Positions 61,001-64,000 of a stretch of DNA of 64,000 nt are shown here, piece by piece (the stretch's first letter is position 1; each line of letters opens with the position of its first letter). The translations under genes and the position numbers were made by a program. Origin of the DNA: the human T2T-CHM13v2.0 reference genome, Homo sapiens. The stretch lies in assembly GCF_009914755.1 (NCBI RefSeq), contig NC_060948.1; one strand, given 5' to 3'. Under the pieces are notes generated by a model. That model saw only the letters and a program-made list of their open reading frames with translations. It was not told where the DNA came from and ran no database searches.

Positions 61001-64000
61001 GAAAGGAATGGAATGAAATGGAATGGAAAGGATTCGAATGGAATGCAAAAGAATGGAATGGAATCGAACGGAATGGAATAAAATGGAAGAAAACTGGCAA
61101 GAAATGGAATCGAAATGAATGGAGTGTTATGGAACGGACTCAAAAGGAATTGAATGTAATAGAATGGAGTGGAGTGGACTCGAATATAATGGACTGGAAT
61201 GGAATGAAATCACATGGAATGGGAACGAATGGAATGGAATGGAAAGGAATGGAATCGAATGGAAAGGAATCGAATGGAAGGGAATGAAATTGAACCAACA
61301 GGAATGGAAGGGAATAGAATAGACCGTAATGGAATGGACTCGAATAGAATGGACACGAATGCTCAAATTGAATGGACTCGAATGGAATGGAAACGAAAGG
61401 AATGTCATCGAATGGAATTGAATCGATTGGAATGAAATCGCATAGAATGGAGTGGAATCAAATGGAATTGAATCGAAAGGAAAGGAAGCGAATGGACTGA
61501 AATGAAATGGAATGGAATTGAATGGAAAGTAATGCAATGGAATAGAATGGAACGAAATTTCACGGAATGGAATCAAACTGAATGGAATCAAATCAATGGA
61601 ATCTAATCAAATGGAATGGAAAGGAATTGAATGGAGTAGATTGGATTGGATGGGATTGGAATGAAATGTACTGGAAAGGACTCGAATTTCATGAAACGGA
61701 ATGGAATGAATTGGAACGGAATGGACTCGAATGGAATGGAATGTCATGGAATGGCATCAAATGGAATGGCATCAAATGGAATGGAATCGAATGCAATGGA
61801 ATGCTATGGAATGGAATGGAATGCATTGGAATGGAATGTCCTCTAATGGAATGGATTCGAGTGGAATGGAATCGAATATAATGGAGTCGAATGAAATGGA
61901 ATTGAAAAGAATGGGATCGAATACAATGGAATATACTGGAATGTAATGTAATGAACTCGAATGTAATTGACTGGAATGGAATGTATATGAATGGAATGTA
62001 ATCGAATGGAAAGTAATCCAATGGAATAGAATCTAATGCAATAAAATCGACTCAGATAGAGTACAATGTAATGGAATGGAGTGCAGAGCAACGGAATGGA
62101 ATGGAATGGAATGCAATGGAATGGAATGGAATGGAATGGAATGGGATGGAATGGTATGGAATGGATAGTAATGGACTGGAGTGAAATGGACTGGAAAGGA
62201 ATGGACTCAAATTGAAAGGGCTCGAAAGGAATGGAGACAAATGGAATGGTCTGGAATGGAATGAACACGAATGTAATGCAATCCAATAGAATGGAGTCGA
62301 ATGGCATGGAATATAAAGAAATGGAATCGAAGAGAATAGAAACAAATGGAATGGAATTGAATGGAATGGAATTGAATGGAATGGGAACGAATGGAGTGAA
62401 ATTGTATGCAGTAGAAGAGAATAGAATGGAATGCAAGCGAAAGGAAAGGAATGGATTGGAATGGAATGGAATTCATTGGAATGGAAGGGAATGTAGTGTA
62501 ATGGACAGGCCTGGAATAAAGTGGAATGCTACGGTCTCGAGTGGAATAAAAATGTATGGATTGGAATGCAATGAAACGGAATCGAATGTCATAGAATGTA
62601 ATGGAATGCAAAAAAATGGAATCCAAAATCATTGACTGGAAAGGCTGGGTGTCGAAAGGAATTGACTCCAATGGAATGGAATCGAATGGAATGGAAGTGA
62701 ATAGAATCGAACTAAATCGAATGGAATGGAATTGATAGGAACGGAATGGAAAGGAATGCAATGATTTGGCATGGAATGGAATCGAATGGCATCGAATGGA
62801 ATGGAATGGAATGCAATGGAATGGAATGTATTAGAATGTAATGAACTTTAATGGAATGTACTCGAAAGGATTTGACTGGAATGGAATGTTCTGGAAGTGA
62901 ATGGACTCCAATGGAATGGATTCGAAAGGAATGGAATCGTACGGAATGGAATCTAATGGAATGGAATTAAATGGAAATGAATCAAATTGAATAGAACGGA
63001 ATTGAATTGAATGGAATGGAATGCAATGGAATCTAATGAAACGGAAAGGAAAGGAATGCAATGGAATGGAATGGACTGGAATGGAAAGGAATCGAAACGA
63101 ATGGAATGGAATCGAACTGAAGAGACTGGAATGGAATGCACTGGAATGGAAGGGAGTGTAATGGAAGGTTCTCAAAAAAAATGGAATCGAATGGAATGGA
63201 ATTGCGTGGAACGGAATAGAGTCGAATGGAATTGAATGGAATGGAATGGACTAGAGTGAAATGGAATCGAACCACAAGGAATGGACAGGAATAGAATGGT
63301 CTCGAATTGAATGGAATCGTATGGAATGGCATCAAACGGAATGGAATGGACAGCCACGGAATGGAATGCACTCGAATGCAATGGAGTCGAAACTAATGGA
63401 CTGGAATAGAATGCACTCGACTGGTACGGACTCCAATGGAATGGAATCGAATGGAAGGGAATCGGACGGAATGGACTCGAAGGGAAAAGACTGCAATGGA
63501 ACGGTCTCGAATGGAATGGAAATTAATTTAATGGAATGGAATCGAATGAAATGGAGTCAAAAGGAATGGAATCGAATGGCAAGAAATCGAATGTAATGGA
63601 ATCGCAAGGAATTGATGTGAACGGAACGGAATGGAATGGAATCCAAAGGAATGGAATAGAATGGAATGGAATCGAATGGAAAGGACTCGAATGGAAATCA
63701 CTCGAATAGAATGTAATTTAATAAAATAGGATCAAATGTAATGGAATGGAATGGAAAGGAATCGAAACGAAAGGAATGGAGACAGATGGAATGGAATGGA
63801 ACAGATAGCAATGGTATACAATGGAATGGAATCATCTGGAATGGAATTGAATGGAATGGAATAATATGAATTGGAATGGAATGGAATGGAATGGAATGCC
63901 CTTGAATTAAATGGACTGGACTCGAACAGAGTGGAATGGAAAGTGTTGAGATAGAATGGAATGGACTCCTTTGGAATGGTCTAGTATGCAATGCAATCGA

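Larger units (their letters stand above)
8662..64000 (+). repeat. DYZ1: DYZ1 / HSat3 (GGAAT)n satellite array with ~3.5-kb higher-order unit; 16 units plus stub
   Basis: Degenerate GGAAT pentamers throughout. The landmark atggactc(c/g)tttggaatggtctagtatgc recurs at 8662, 11441, 14985, 18533, 22097, 25060, 28598, 32137, 35636, 39150, 42699, 46233, 49767, 53314, 56863, 60422 and 63961. A typical unit has one conserved EcoRI site (e.g. 13488) and one HaeIII/StuI site (e.g. 13527). It also contains ggacaggcctggaataaagtgga and ttgaatggaatgggaacgaatgg, which I recall as the classical DYZ1 sexing-PCR primer sites. Confidence 0.96.

Noticed and set aside
8713-63991. Hundreds of ORFs up to ~305 aa (MEWNG.../IPFHS... 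repeats), recurring every ~3.5 kb
   Set aside because: (GGAAT)n and (ATTCC)n have no stop codon in any frame and contain frequent ATG, so such ORFs are expected. There are no domains, promoters or splice structure, and frames are freely broken between units.
8662-64000. Repeat-plus-variable-segment pattern resembling a CRISPR or other spacer array
   Set aside because: The variable segments are degenerate pentamers repeated identically in each 3.5-kb unit rather than unique spacers. There are no cas genes, and the context is primate (Alu).
8662-64000. Alternative assignment to HSat2 or autosomal HSat3 (chr9/acrocentrics) or telomere-like repeat
   Set aside because: It lacks the HSat2 GAATCATC-dominated 23/26-bp structure. 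The ~3.55-kb period with single EcoRI/HaeIII sites and adjacency to 2.4-kb HSat1B point to Yq12, though the exact location needs mapping.
8662-64000. Hidden non-satellite insert or inversion inside the DYZ1 block
   Set aside because: Reading through all units found only colinear GGAAT-derived sequence in one orientation. A self dot-plot would confirm.

Overview
This window is entirely human satellite DNA, almost certainly Yq12 heterochromatin. It spans a boundary between a DYZ2/HSat1B block and a DYZ1/HSat3 block. DYZ2 occupies 1-~8661 as ~2.4-kb composite units, each made of an AT-rich degenerate simple repeat, an antisense Alu and an HSATI-type segment. DYZ1 occupies ~8662-64000 as degenerate (GGAAT)n arranged in ~3.5-kb higher-order units: 16 complete units plus a stub, all in one orientation. 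No protein-coding gene, RNA gene, CRISPR array or autonomous element is supported, and all listed ORFs are translations of the repeats (MEWNG.../IPFHS... and Y/I-rich). I found no novel biological system. The signal worth following is structural: an Alu-less DYZ2 unit with a ~1.12-kb deletion, a blunt DYZ2/DYZ1 junction with a decayed and deleted first DYZ1 unit, a 550-bp microhomology deletion, unit lengths that vary in 5-bp steps, and blocks of shared variants that record local tandem or dimer duplications. Coordinates were counted by eye and may be off by a few bases.
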